64,000 nucleotides of DNA from Candidatus Peregrinibacteria bacterium (GTDB taxonomy: Bacteria > Patescibacteriota > Gracilibacteria > UM-FILTER-43-11). Location: contig JAFGTE010000033.1 in assembly GCA_016934215.1 (NCBI GenBank), positions 8,781-72,780 on the forward strand, given 5' to 3'. Below, one piece after another: positions 1 through 9,231 of this stretch. Below the pieces are notes generated by a model that did no database searches, had not been told where the DNA came from, and saw nothing but the letters and a program-made list of their open reading frames with translations. Made by a program: the position numbers and the translations under genes. Every line of letters starts with the position of its first letter. Position 1 is the stretch's first letter.

Positions 1-2405
1 ATATTGAGGAATGGTTGGTTTTCAAAAATCCTACACCGGGTTTTGTGAATGAACTGGAGGTCAATGCTTTGCCCGTGGCAGTTATTGAAGTACAAAAAGA
101 TACCCGTCGGATGAAACTGAATGTAACAGGAGCTGGTAGTTATGATCCCGATGGCGATAAACTGACTTTTATGTGGGAATTTGAGGAGGGGAGCTATGAT
201 CAGCGGGAAAATCCGCTTATTTATACTTACCAGACTCCCGGTGAAAAAGTGATTCGGCTTACTGTCACCGATTCCCTTGGCGATTCCGGTCAGGCTGAGA
301 TGCTTTTTTTTGCAGCGGAAGAAGATACTGAAGAAGAAACTCAATTGGAAGTATTTCCGGTTTACGCTCTTTTTAGTGAAGTGATGCCCTCACCTGTTGG
401 TGTCGATGATGAAAATGAATGGATCGAACTTTACAATGAACATTCTTTTGGAATTGATCTTTCCGGTTGGTATTTAGATGATGATGAAGGAAAGAGCAGC
501 CCCTATAAAATTCCGGACGGGACCGTTATTTATCGGAATTCTTATATGGTTTTTTCGGAACCGGGCTTAGGTCTCTCTTTTAAGAATTCTGATGATGTTG
601 TGCGGATTCTTGATCCGAATAAAAATGTAAATCAGGCAATTCATTACTTTGAAGCCCGGGAAGGCTGGAGCTTTGCCCGTCAATCATTTGATGTGTTTGA
701 GTGGACCCCTTTATTTACTCCGGAATTGCCGAATAAATTCCCGCCCCCGCCAATTTCATATAATTTTGGTGATATTGTGTTTGAGGCGGTACTTCCTAAT
801 CCTGAGGGGGAAGATTCTGGTAATGAACAGATTGTTTTAAAAAACACACTGGATGAGGAAGTCGATCTGACGGGGTGGACAATGGTTGATGCCGGTGGCG
901 CTGAAAAGAGTTTGTCGGAGCAGGTTATTCCTGTCGGGGGTAATCTTACGATGCTTTCGTCAGAATTTAAATTATCCCTTAATAATTCAGATGAAAGTCT
1001 CAGTCTTTTTGATGCAACGGGGGGGCTGATTGATGAGATCAGGTGGCAGACTTCCTCTTCAGGACAGTGGCTTTTTAACCCGAATTCATTTAAAAATGGT
1101 ATGGAGGTTAAAGTGGTGAGAGTGATTGATGGGGATACTTTTGTTATCGATTTAAATGAAAAACAGTTTACCGTTCGGATGATCGGAATTGACACCCCTG
1201 AAACGGTTCATCCTTTTAAACCAATCGAGTATTACGGCAGGCAGGCTGCCGATTTTCTTAAAAGTATTTTGTCAGGGCAGTGGGTGACGCTTGAATTCGA
1301 TGCAAACAAGATTGATAAGTATGGGCGGGTACTGGCTTATGTTTATTGGGGTGATGAAATGATAAATGAGAGGATCTTAAAAGAAGGATATGGTTATGCT
1401 TATACTCGTTTTCCCTTTCAGTTTTTGAAGGAATTTCTTGCCCTGGAAGCTGAAGCACGTCAGGCCGGTATAGGACTTTGGGAGAATCAAAAAGTAGAGA
1501 GCATCATTAATGAAATAATTAGTATGGAGTTATTGACAGAGGAGGAAGAACTCCCGGAAGAGCTCTTATTACCTCTGATTGAAGAAGGTGTGCTGTCTGA
1601 GGAAGAAACTGAAATTGTGGGGGAGGTATTGGTATTGCCTGATTGCTCTTCTGAATATTTAAAAATTGATTCTTTTTTGCCCAATCCTCAAAAAGGTGAA
1701 GAGGTTGAATACATTAGGTTAATCAATATTGGTTCCGACAATATTTGTTTATCTGGTTGGATGTTAGATGATGTGATTCAAGGAGGGTCAAAGCCTTTTT
1801 CAATCCGGGGCGGTTCCATTGCATCGGGGGGAATGAGAACATTCAGGAAACAGGAAACAAAATTGGCTTTAAATAATAGTGATGATTGCGTTCACTTGAT
1901 TGACCCAAAGGGTAACGTGGCTGATCAGATTTGTTATAAAAAAACTCATAAAAACGAAATATTTACTCATGCGGGAGGTGACTGGGTTCCTAAGCCAAAA
2001 TCTAAAAAAACGAAGGTGTCTAATGTGACGTTGCGCCACAAATTTAAACGCGACTTTATTTCTTACCAATCTGATCTACTCACCAACAGTTATGTTGGAA
2101 AAGTAGTCTCTTTTGGTGAAGCCACGGAGGTCATGGTGATGGAACTGGAGGCAGGGCGGCACATTCATATTTCTTATGCCGGTTCCCCTGTTAATATGGC
2201 TTTAGCAAAGGAACTGATTGATTTTTCAGAGCCTGTAAAAGTGCAGGTTTATGAATCGGGTGATTTAATCACACTACTTTCCATTGAACCCTTTCACTTT
2301 TTTACTCAAATATCACGAAATGAAGCCGGAGTTGGCATCTGGATATGGCTTCTTATTTTGCTTATGCCGTTACCCTTGCTTATGTTTTTGAGAAAAAGGG
2401 GTTAA
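1..2405 (+). CDS. Secreted/membrane-anchored extracellular nuclease with a PKD-like N-terminus, three lamin-tail (LTD) domains, an SNase/thermonuclease core and a C-terminal TM anchor. The 5' end probably lies outside the window.
   Basis: The frame is open to the window edge (track start 15 is a TTG). LTD signatures are NEWIELYN..LSGWYLDD, NEQIVLKN..LTGWTMVD and VEYIRLIN..LSGWMLDD. The SNase core reads VVRVIDGDTFVI..RMIGIDTPE..YYGRQA..GRVLAYVY..NERILKEGYGYAY. The C-terminus is hydrophobic (IWIWLLILLMPLPLLMF). Confidence 0.75.
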   Translation, partial: IEEWLVFKNPTPGFVNELEVNALPVAVIEVQKDTRRMKLNVTGAGSYDPDGDKLTFMWEFEEGSYDQRENPLIYTYQTPGEKVIRLTVTDSLGDSGQAEMLFFAAEEDTEEETQLEVFPVYALFSEVMPSPVGVDDENEWIELYNEHSFGIDLSGWYLDDDEGKSSPYKIPDGTVIYRNSYMVFSEPGLGLSFKNSDDVVRILDPNKNVNQAIHYFEAREGWSFARQSFDVFEWTPLFTPELPNKFPPPPISYNFGDIVFEAVLPNPEGEDSGNEQIVLKNTLDEEVDLTGWTMVDAGGAEKSLSEQVIPVGGNLTMLSSEFKLSLNNSDESLSLFDATGGLIDEIRWQTSSSGQWLFNPNSFKNGMEVKVVRVIDGDTFVIDLNEKQFTVRMIGIDTPETVHPFKPIEYYGRQAADFLKSILSGQWVTLEFDANKIDKYGRVLAYVYWGDEMINERILKEGYGYAYTRFPFQFLKEFLALEAEARQAGIGLWENQKVESIINEIISMELLTEEEELPEELLLPLIEEGVLSEEETEIVGEVLVLPDCSSEYLKIDSFLPNPQKGEEVEYIRLINIGSDNICLSGWMLDDVIQGGSKPFSIRGGSIASGGMRTFRKQETKLALNNSDDCVHLIDPKGNVADQICYKKTHKNEIFTHAGGDWVPKPKSKKTKVSNVTLRHKFKRDFISYQSDLLTNSYVGKVVSFGEATEVMVMELEAGRHIHISYAGSPVNMALAKELIDFSEPVKVQVYESGDLITLLSIEPFHFFTQISRNEAGVGIWIWLLILLMPLPLLMFLRKRG

Positions 2406-3853
2406 TGCGGTTTGGTAGGCCACAGGTTTTCATGGGCCCGCTGCATCACTCTGTCGTGAGCCGCTTTTCTGTCCAGTTCTCCGTAGTGCTTTTCGGGGAA
2501 AAGTAATTTATCGACCCCTTCCTTAAAGAATCGGTCTGCGCGGTATTCTTCCCAGCTGACACCTTTGCGATATTTGGCATCCGCATAACCATCGGGAAGA
2601 AAAATCTGGAATTCATATTTATGCTGCTGACCGTTGGCGCGCGTAACATTCAGTCTGAACTTTAAGACTTTAAATTCCTTTGAGCTTGCAAGGGAACCGC
2701 CTTCAAATCCATTGCCAGCCAGACTGTCTTTCACGTCCATTATTTGAATGCAGTCATCTAAGTTATCAAGACGCGTCGTCATTGTTACCCGTTCTGTTTC
2801 ACTGATATCTTCCTTTTTCAGCCTTTCACGCAAAGCTTCCCCGATTTCACATTTGATTTCTGCCTGAAACATGGCAAAAAAGTCTTCCCAATCTTCCCTT
2901 TTTTCAAAGACAAGTTTCAGACCATTGCGATCCACATCTCTCTCACCGATGTGACTGCCGTATCTGAGTGCTTTTGTGAGTCTGGATTCTTCTCCTTTTT
3001 CCCGAGGATCCAGCCCAAAGAATATTTCCCTCTTCTTGCCATTCGTGCCGATAACAGTGGTTTTTCGACTGGGCAGATGAGTGACCTGGGTCAGTCCTCC
3101 TTTTGAAATATGAGTTGGTTTCTTATCCAGTATGTCAGTATGAACGGTTTCATAGGTGTTTGGTGCATGTCTTGATACCAAGTATCTGGGGGTGGTGTGA
3201 CCCATCCTTGCTCCTTCCGGCAGTCTCAGAATTCTTTCATTAAATAATCCCAGTATATAGTGCAGGGCTTCGTTACTGTCTTCATCAGGGTTATTGTAGT
3301 TTCTAATTTCACCGACATATTGCATCAGAAGCAGTTTGCGGGCGGCCTCAAATTTAACCCTTTTATCCACATCATCGTTGAAAGCCAGCATAACTAAACC
3401 GGCTGCGTCGTTACAAATTTCCACCTCGCTCTTCGTTTCCAGCGATTCTTCTCCCGGAAAATAATACACTCTAAGTCGGTTTAAATAGTTATTGGCTTCA
3501 GTGCCCATTCTGCGAAGACCGGCCTCACGGTGTTCTTCTGCATAGGTCTGCAGAAAGGATATGTTGGCGCAAATGCTGGTGCGAATCTGTTCCTGAAGTG
3601 CGGCATAACTTTCTGATGTCGGAAAAGTACCATTGGGGGCGATTTCTGAAAGTTCAGCCGGCCTGATACCCACAATTTTTGTAAAATAGTCACGCGTCTG
3701 GCGTACAATTTCATCACATCTGAGTCCGAGCCGTTCGCGATACTGCTGAAAGGCATGTCGGTCAAAATCTTTGCCTGTGCCGAACTGAATGATCTGAAAA
3801 AATTCGCGCGGAGTAACAGGTTCCTCTGGTTTAGGAGGGTGATAAGAAGACAT
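2402..3853 (-). CDS. Hypothetical protein with a weak RelA/SpoT-like nucleotidyltransferase signature in the C-terminal half (tentative).
   Basis: This is a 483-aa ORF. DRNGLKLVF and HKYEFQIF...SWEEYRADRFF resemble the DxxGxRxI and EIQIRT...H..Y motifs of RelA/SpoT-fold synthetases. Its stop overlaps the stop of the convergent nuclease gene (TTAA). Confidence 0.5.
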   Translation of the reverse strand: MSSYHPPKPEEPVTPREFFQIIQFGTGKDFDRHAFQQYRERLGLRCDEIVRQTRDYFTKIVGIRPAELSEIAPNGTFPTSESYAALQEQIRTSICANISFLQTYAEEHREAGLRRMGTEANNYLNRLRVYYFPGEESLETKSEVEICNDAAGLVMLAFNDDVDKRVKFEAARKLLLMQYVGEIRNYNNPDEDSNEALHYILGLFNERILRLPEGARMGHTTPRYLVSRHAPNTYETVHTDILDKKPTHISKGGLTQVTHLPSRKTTVIGTNGKKREIFFGLDPREKGEESRLTKALRYGSHIGERDVDRNGLKLVFEKREDWEDFFAMFQAEIKCEIGEALRERLKKEDISETERVTMTTRLDNLDDCIQIMDVKDSLAGNGFEGGSLASSKEFKVLKFRLNVTRANGQQHKYEFQIFLPDGYADAKYRKGVSWEEYRADRFFKEGVDKLLFPEKHYGELDRKAAHDRVMQRAHENLWPTKPH

Positions 3854-3958
3854 GTCGAAGTTCTTAGGCGTGCATTATGATTGAATTTTTGATTTTTGTC
3901 AACTGCTAGCCATGTACATTGAAGCATCAACTATTTAATATATTCACAGCAAATTTGT

Positions 3959-4918
3959 ATGCATATGCTCACTTATACTCTCTTCGTCATTGGTTTTATA
4001 TTTCTGATTAAAGGTGCGGACTATCTGGTAGACGGCAGCAGTTCACTGGCTTCACGGGCGGGCATTTCCCAATTGGTCATTGGCTTAACGATTGTATCGT
4101 TTGGCACCTCGGCTCCGGAACTGTTGGTCAATATTGTGGCTAGTTTGAAAGGGGCAAGCGATATCGGGATCGGAAATATATTGGGTAGTAATATTGCCAA
4201 TATCTTTTTGATTTTAGGTGTGGCGGCTGCTATCTACCCTTTACGCATTCAAAAGAGCACGACCTGGAAAGAAATTCCGCTCAACTTTCTTTCGGCGATT
4301 GTTTTACTGGTTTTAGCGAATGATATTTTTCTTGATGGAGCTGAAACCTCTATTTTAAGTCATATTGATGGGCTTATATTGATGTTCTTTTTTATCATTT
4401 TTGTTTATTACACGGTTGGTCTGGCGAAAGCAGAAAAAAATCATACAGATGGTTACAAAAAATACGGAATACCCAGGTCTATTATTATGATTCTGGTTGG
4501 TATTGTTGGTTTGGCTTATGGTGGTAAATGGGTAGTCGACGGAGCCGTTGATGTTGCTTCCCGTTTTGGGGTGAGTGAGGCTTTAATTGGGCTCACCATT
4601 GTAGCGGTGGGCACTTCGCTTCCTGAACTGGCCACGTCTGCTGTGGCGGCTATGAAAAGAAATGCGGATATCGCTATCGGTAATGTTGTTGGCTCAAATC
4701 TTTTTAACGTTTTTTGGGTATTGGGGCTTTCGGCTGTTATTAAGCCGCTGCCATTCCGACCTGAAATAAATACAGATATACTCGTTTATCTGGTTGCGAC
4801 TATTTTGCTCTTTCTTTTTGCCTTTACCGGAAAAAAAGAACATGTCAGCCGGGTCGATGGGTGGATCTTTCTGTCCTGTTACGCAGCTTATATTGTGTTT
4901 CTTGTTTATCGCGGATAA
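3959..4918 (+). CDS. Ca2+/Na+ (CaCA, YrbG-type) cation antiporter.
   Basis: Two alpha-repeat signatures are present: GTSAPELLVNIVA..GNILGSNIANIFLILG and GTSLPELATSAVAA..GNVVGSNLFNVFWVLG. The protein is polytopic. Confidence 0.85.
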   Translation: MHMLTYTLFVIGFIFLIKGADYLVDGSSSLASRAGISQLVIGLTIVSFGTSAPELLVNIVASLKGASDIGIGNILGSNIANIFLILGVAAAIYPLRIQKSTTWKEIPLNFLSAIVLLVLANDIFLDGAETSILSHIDGLILMFFFIIFVYYTVGLAKAEKNHTDGYKKYGIPRSIIMILVGIVGLAYGGKWVVDGAVDVASRFGVSEALIGLTIVAVGTSLPELATSAVAAMKRNADIAIGNVVGSNLFNVFWVLGLSAVIKPLPFRPEINTDILVYLVATILLFLFAFTGKKEHVSRVDGWIFLSCYAAYIVFLVYRG

Positions 4919-6178
4919 ATGAAATCATTGTTTCGGTTCATTATCGGTTTCATGCTTGCTTCCAAAGCCCGGGCTTATTTAAAAAGGCACCGGGTTCAGG
5001 TGATTGCCGTTACCGGCAGTGTGGGTAAAACCAGCACAAAAGAGGCTATTTATCAGGTACTAAAATCAAAATTTGATGTATACGTCAGCAAAAAGAGCTT
5101 CAATACAGAAATTGGATTGAGTTTAGCCGTTTTACAGGAAGAGGAATCAGGTTTTAGTTCCCTGATGGCTTGGCTGAAAATTTTGAACAAGGCTCTTTTT
5201 AAAAAGAAAAAAGTCTATGCAAAAGCAGTTCTTGAAATGGGGGCTGATAAGCCCGGTGATATTAAAAAATTGGTGCGAATTGCGCCGCCCAAAATCGCAG
5301 TAGTCACCGCGGTACGTCCGGTGCACATGGCCGAGGGGCAGTTTGCCAATCTTGAAGCGATAGCCCATGAAAAAGGAATGCTGGTAAGAGCATTGCCGCA
5401 CAAAGGCATGGCTATTTTGAATAATGATGATGAATACGTACGCAACATGCAGACTGAGGCCGGTAAATTTTCTTATGGTGTGAAAAGACCTGCCATGCTG
5501 ATGGCTTATCAAATTAAAGCCGGCCCCAAAGATTTAAGGTTTAAGGCAACGTATCGCGGAAAGACGGGTGATTTTGTTGTGCCGGTTATCGGAGAGTTCC
5601 AGGTTTATGTTTTACTTCCCGCTGTTGCTGTCGGACTTCAGCTGGGCATGCAGCTCGGTGAATGCGCTTCCGCCCTCAGAGATTTTCAATTGCCGCCCGG
5701 CCGAATGAATCCCATTTCTGGCATCAACCGTTCACAAATCATCGATAGTTCTTACAATGCGTCACCTACCACTATGGACACTGCGCTTGATGTTCTGGAT
5801 CACATTTATTCCCCCCGTAAAATCGCTGTACTCGGAACCATGAATGAATTAGGCGAAATGACTTACGAAGCACATATTGCCGTTGGTCAAAAGGCAGGGC
5901 GCGTGGCGGATATTTTGATTGCGGTGGGTCATGAAGCCCCTACTATTAAACGTGGGGCGCTTGAAGCGGGTATGAAGGAAACGGATATATATACATTTTT
6001 TGATTCTGAAGAAGCGGGCGAATTTATGAAAGACCGTCTGAAACAGGGGGATTTAGTTTTGGTAAAAGGATCGCAAAATAAAGTACGGATGGAACGCTTT
6101 GTAAAACTCATTATGAAAGATCCTCACAAAGCAAAAAATCTTTTGTGCCGGCAGGGTGCGGCTTGGGAAAGTATTTAG
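4919..6178 (+). CDS. murF: Mur ligase family protein, most like UDP-MurNAc-tripeptide--D-Ala-D-Ala ligase with a short N-terminus.
   Basis: It has the P-loop VTGSVGKTSTKE, the motifs NNDDEYV and DSSYNASPTTM, and a C-terminal GDLVLVKGSQNKVRMERFV typical of MurF. Confidence 0.7.
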   Translation: MKSLFRFIIGFMLASKARAYLKRHRVQVIAVTGSVGKTSTKEAIYQVLKSKFDVYVSKKSFNTEIGLSLAVLQEEESGFSSLMAWLKILNKALFKKKKVYAKAVLEMGADKPGDIKKLVRIAPPKIAVVTAVRPVHMAEGQFANLEAIAHEKGMLVRALPHKGMAILNNDDEYVRNMQTEAGKFSYGVKRPAMLMAYQIKAGPKDLRFKATYRGKTGDFVVPVIGEFQVYVLLPAVAVGLQLGMQLGECASALRDFQLPPGRMNPISGINRSQIIDSSYNASPTTMDTALDVLDHIYSPRKIAVLGTMNELGEMTYEAHIAVGQKAGRVADILIAVGHEAPTIKRGALEAGMKETDIYTFFDSEEAGEFMKDRLKQGDLVLVKGSQNKVRMERFVKLIMKDPHKAKNLLCRQGAAWESI

Positions 6179-6181
6179 TTT

Positions 6182-6256
6182 TGGAGCGGATAACGGGAGT
6201 CGAACCCGTCTCTCGGCCTTGGGAAGGCCGCATAATAGCCGATATACTATACCCGC
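6182..6256 (-). tRNA. tRNA-Gly(CCC) with encoded CCA.
   Basis: The reverse complement GCGGGTATAGTATATCGGCTATTATGCGGCCTTCCCAAGGCCGAGAGACGGGTTCGACTCCCGTTATCCGCTCCA folds as a cloverleaf. The anticodon loop is TTCCCAA and the T-loop is GGTTCGACTCC. Confidence 0.9.
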
Positions 6257-6257
6257 G

Positions 6258-7280
6258 TTATTTAATCCTGCTTCTTTTGTGAAGAAGCCGATAGATAAAA
6301 TGGCTCTCTTTGTAATAATAGGTAATGGCCATCAGCCCGATGACAATCAGTGGCACCGTGATAAAAGCCAGGTCGAGTTCAAAAAGAATATTGGCCATGG
6401 TATGAAACAGGGTGGCCATCACAAGCCCCTGGGCTATCTTTTCTTCTTCATAAATGTCTGATTTCTTCATACGCAGAACTGTGTGAAACCATTTGAATCT
6501 TATCTGGTATTTTCTCTCTTTTTTTTCGGCGATCAGAATTGATTTGGCGAACAGGGCCAGTCCGTAATAATAACCGAATATGCCTGAAGCTATCAGGTGG
6601 ATTGGCATGGTTAAAAGAGCGCGGGGAAGGACAATAGCCATATCACCGGTATTGATCGCGTAGATGATCGTTTCGATAAATGAAAATGCCAGGCCCACCA
6701 CAATACTCAAAGTAATGGCATCATCCACATCCTTAATTCTCTTGTCATCAATAAACCGTACTGTCAGGTGTTTCACGTATTCTTCAATAACAGCCAGGAA
6801 CATGATCACGCCTACCATGGTGTGGATGATAGCAACGTCCAGATATTCTTCGAGCAGTCTTTCGCCAAAAATAAGCAAGGCCAGCATCGAGCTCATGGTC
6901 ACATATTCGAACTCATCATCTTTTAGGGTATTGCGAATGTTTTGAAGGGTCTCATGTTTAAAACGTGTCAGTATCAGGCTGACGATTCCTGAAAAAGCTG
7001 TCAGCAAACTAACAACAATGAGCATATTTACAAAAAAGAACAGTAAACCGTCAAAAAAAGCTGACTGCACCAGTGACTCGAGAATCCGAATCTCTGAAAG
7101 TTGCGGGAAAAAATTTATGTAGACGTATTTATATCCGAACACAGGAAGCATCGACAACAACCCCGCAATAAAACTGACCGCTATTACTTTTTTTGGCTGA
7201 GGGTGATATTCCTTTTTGTAGAATATCCATCCCCATATAAAGGTTGCTATGGTCAGTAGTATTGAATAGAATAAGGTCAC
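6258..7280 (-). CDS. Polytopic membrane protein, possibly a PrsW-family intramembrane protease.
   Basis: It has about 8 hydrophobic segments. The EEYVKH and FHTMANILFE motifs resemble the PrsW EExxK / HxxxN signatures. Confidence 0.5.
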   Translation of the reverse strand: MTLFYSILLTIATFIWGWIFYKKEYHPQPKKVIAVSFIAGLLSMLPVFGYKYVYINFFPQLSEIRILESLVQSAFFDGLLFFFVNMLIVVSLLTAFSGIVSLILTRFKHETLQNIRNTLKDDEFEYVTMSSMLALLIFGERLLEEYLDVAIIHTMVGVIMFLAVIEEYVKHLTVRFIDDKRIKDVDDAITLSIVVGLAFSFIETIIYAINTGDMAIVLPRALLTMPIHLIASGIFGYYYGLALFAKSILIAEKKERKYQIRFKWFHTVLRMKKSDIYEEEKIAQGLVMATLFHTMANILFELDLAFITVPLIVIGLMAITYYYKESHFIYRLLHKRSRIK

Positions 7281-7326
7281 TTTTTCTGTTTATTATTCGA
7301 AAGCATTATAACTCCTCTCCTCGGCT

Positions 7327-8586
7327 GTGCATACACATCGTTTTTTAGTCACCGGCGGTAAAAAGCTTGAAGGCATAGTTCAGGTGGGCGGTTCCAAAAA
7401 CGCCGCTTTGCCCATTATTGCCGCATCCCTTTTAACCAATGAAGAAGTGGTGTTAAAAAATGTGCCGGATATCGCAGATATCGCCACGATGGAACATATT
7501 CTGCATTACATTGGTGCGGAGACGGATTTTGACGGCAAAACATTTAAGGTTCAGGCAAAGAAGCTTAAAAATGTGGAAATCAAACATGAACTGGTTAGCA
7601 AGCTTCGTGGTTCCAGCCTTCTTTTGGGGCCGCTTCTGGCACGCAATGGCGAAGTAAAACTGGCTTTTCCGGGCGGCTGCGTACTTGGCAAACGACCGAT
7701 TGATGCCCATCTCCATGCATTAGAATCTTTAGGCGCAGAGGTGGCAGATTCCAAAGAAGTTTTACATCTTAAAGCGAAAAAGCTTATTGGGAATAAGTTC
7801 ACCATGACTGAAGCCAGTGTCACGGCGACTGAGAATGCCATTATGGCGGCTGTGCTGGCAGAGGGAAAAACTACGATCCGTTTGGCTGCTTGTGAACCGC
7901 ATGTGCAGGATCTCTGTCATTTTCTGAATGCAATGGGAGCAAAAATAACCGGTATCGGAACCCATACGGTGCGTATTACAGGGGTAAAGAAGCTTCATGG
8001 AGCGGAGCACCGAATCACGCCTGATTATCTTGAAACGGGCACGTTGGTTTTGGCGGCTGCCATTACAGGGGGTACAGTTGATGTGATTGATATTGTACCG
8101 GAACACCTTGATATATTCTGGCAAAAGCTTCGTGAAGTGGGCGTGCATTTTGATCTGGGCCGCGATTCAGTGCGCGTGCTTCCTTCAAAAAATTTAAGAG
8201 CCATTCGTTTGCAGACGGCTATTTTCCCCAGTTTTCCCACCGATTTACAGGCACCGTTTGCCACCTTGCTCACTCAGGCAAAGGGAAAGAGTTTTATTTT
8301 TGAAACGTTATTTGACGGCCGGCTTCAGTATCTGTACGAACTTGAAAAAATGGGACTTCGGCCAAAAATCCTCAATGCTTATCAGGCTGAAATTGAGGGG
8401 CCGGTAAAACTTCAGGGGGCCAGTGTGGCCAGTTGTGATATCCGTGCCGGTGCGGCCATTGTGCTAGCCGCTTTGGCGGCGGAAGGGCAAACCGAAATCA
8501 GTAATATCTATTACATCGACCGCGGTTATGAGCGGCTCGATGAAAAACTCAATAGTATTGGCGCGCAGATTGAGCGGCTGAAATGA
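7327..8586 (+). CDS. murA: UDP-N-acetylglucosamine 1-carboxyvinyltransferase.
   Basis: The N-terminus GGKKLEGIVQVGGSKNAALPIIAASLL matches MurA, and similarity holds along the full length. It has a GTG start and a TGA stop. Confidence 0.92.
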   Translation: MHTHRFLVTGGKKLEGIVQVGGSKNAALPIIAASLLTNEEVVLKNVPDIADIATMEHILHYIGAETDFDGKTFKVQAKKLKNVEIKHELVSKLRGSSLLLGPLLARNGEVKLAFPGGCVLGKRPIDAHLHALESLGAEVADSKEVLHLKAKKLIGNKFTMTEASVTATENAIMAAVLAEGKTTIRLAACEPHVQDLCHFLNAMGAKITGIGTHTVRITGVKKLHGAEHRITPDYLETGTLVLAAAITGGTVDVIDIVPEHLDIFWQKLREVGVHFDLGRDSVRVLPSKNLRAIRLQTAIFPSFPTDLQAPFATLLTQAKGKSFIFETLFDGRLQYLYELEKMGLRPKILNAYQAEIEGPVKLQGASVASCDIRAGAAIVLAALAAEGQTEISNIYYIDRGYERLDEKLNSIGAQIERLK

Positions 8587-8588
8587 GA

Positions 8589-9116
8589 TTATTTGTATTG
8601 CTCCAGAAATTCCTCATCGCCGATGACGGGGAATTTGCCGAGAATGCCATTCAGAGCCACCAGCATGGTCTCGATTTCGGATAAAAATACACGATCCGGC
8701 TCCATGATTCCGTGTCTTTCAAAAAATTCCATGGCAAATTCAACGCGAACCATGTCGATCATTTGCTCCTGCATAAACTTGGAAATCGCCATTCTTTTTT
8801 CGCGGGTAGTTTTGGGCAGTCCTTTACTTCCAAATTTTTTCAGAATTTTAACCAGTTCCCCGGCTTCCTGCCGGGTGTAGGGCATAATAGGTATCAGTTG
8901 CCTTTTTCCAAGTCGGTAATTGCCTGCATCGATTCTCATAATTTCTTTATAGAACGGCAGACGGCTTCGCGGCCTTATATTTATGGCCAAAATATCCGTG
9001 ATCTGATCCCGGCAGGTATCACATAAAACCGGCAGACAGTTTTGTTCACTGTCTTCCGTCAGTCTTGCGGCAAGGGTACTGGCTTCAGAGAGCCATAAGT
9101 GACGATGCTCAGTCAT
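8589..9116 (-). CDS. Hypothetical protein.
   Basis: This is a 175-aa ORF with no recognisable motif. It is tightly packed between murA and pheS. Confidence 0.5.
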   Translation of the reverse strand: MTEHRHLWLSEASTLAARLTEDSEQNCLPVLCDTCRDQITDILAINIRPRSRLPFYKEIMRIDAGNYRLGKRQLIPIMPYTRQEAGELVKILKKFGSKGLPKTTREKRMAISKFMQEQMIDMVRVEFAMEFFERHGIMEPDRVFLSEIETMLVALNGILGKFPVIGDEEFLEQYK

Positions 9117-9231
9117 TATAGTGATGTAGGAAGATCATTTTAGTTTGTCTGCGCTTATTGTCAATCTGTTGTGTTTTTCTGATTGCTCAGCCTTTTTGGC
9201 TTTGTTAATATGTTTTCGTTTAACAGAGGCT

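Noticed and set aside
2402-2405. The convergent nuclease gene and the 483-aa gene have overlapping stop codons (TTAA).
   Set aside because: The overlap is real, but it is a trivial consequence of compact genome packing. It has no evident regulatory meaning.
6156-6461. A 101-aa + strand ORF.
   Set aside because: It runs straight through tRNA-Gly(CCC) and runs antisense to the well-supported membrane-protein gene 6258-7280.
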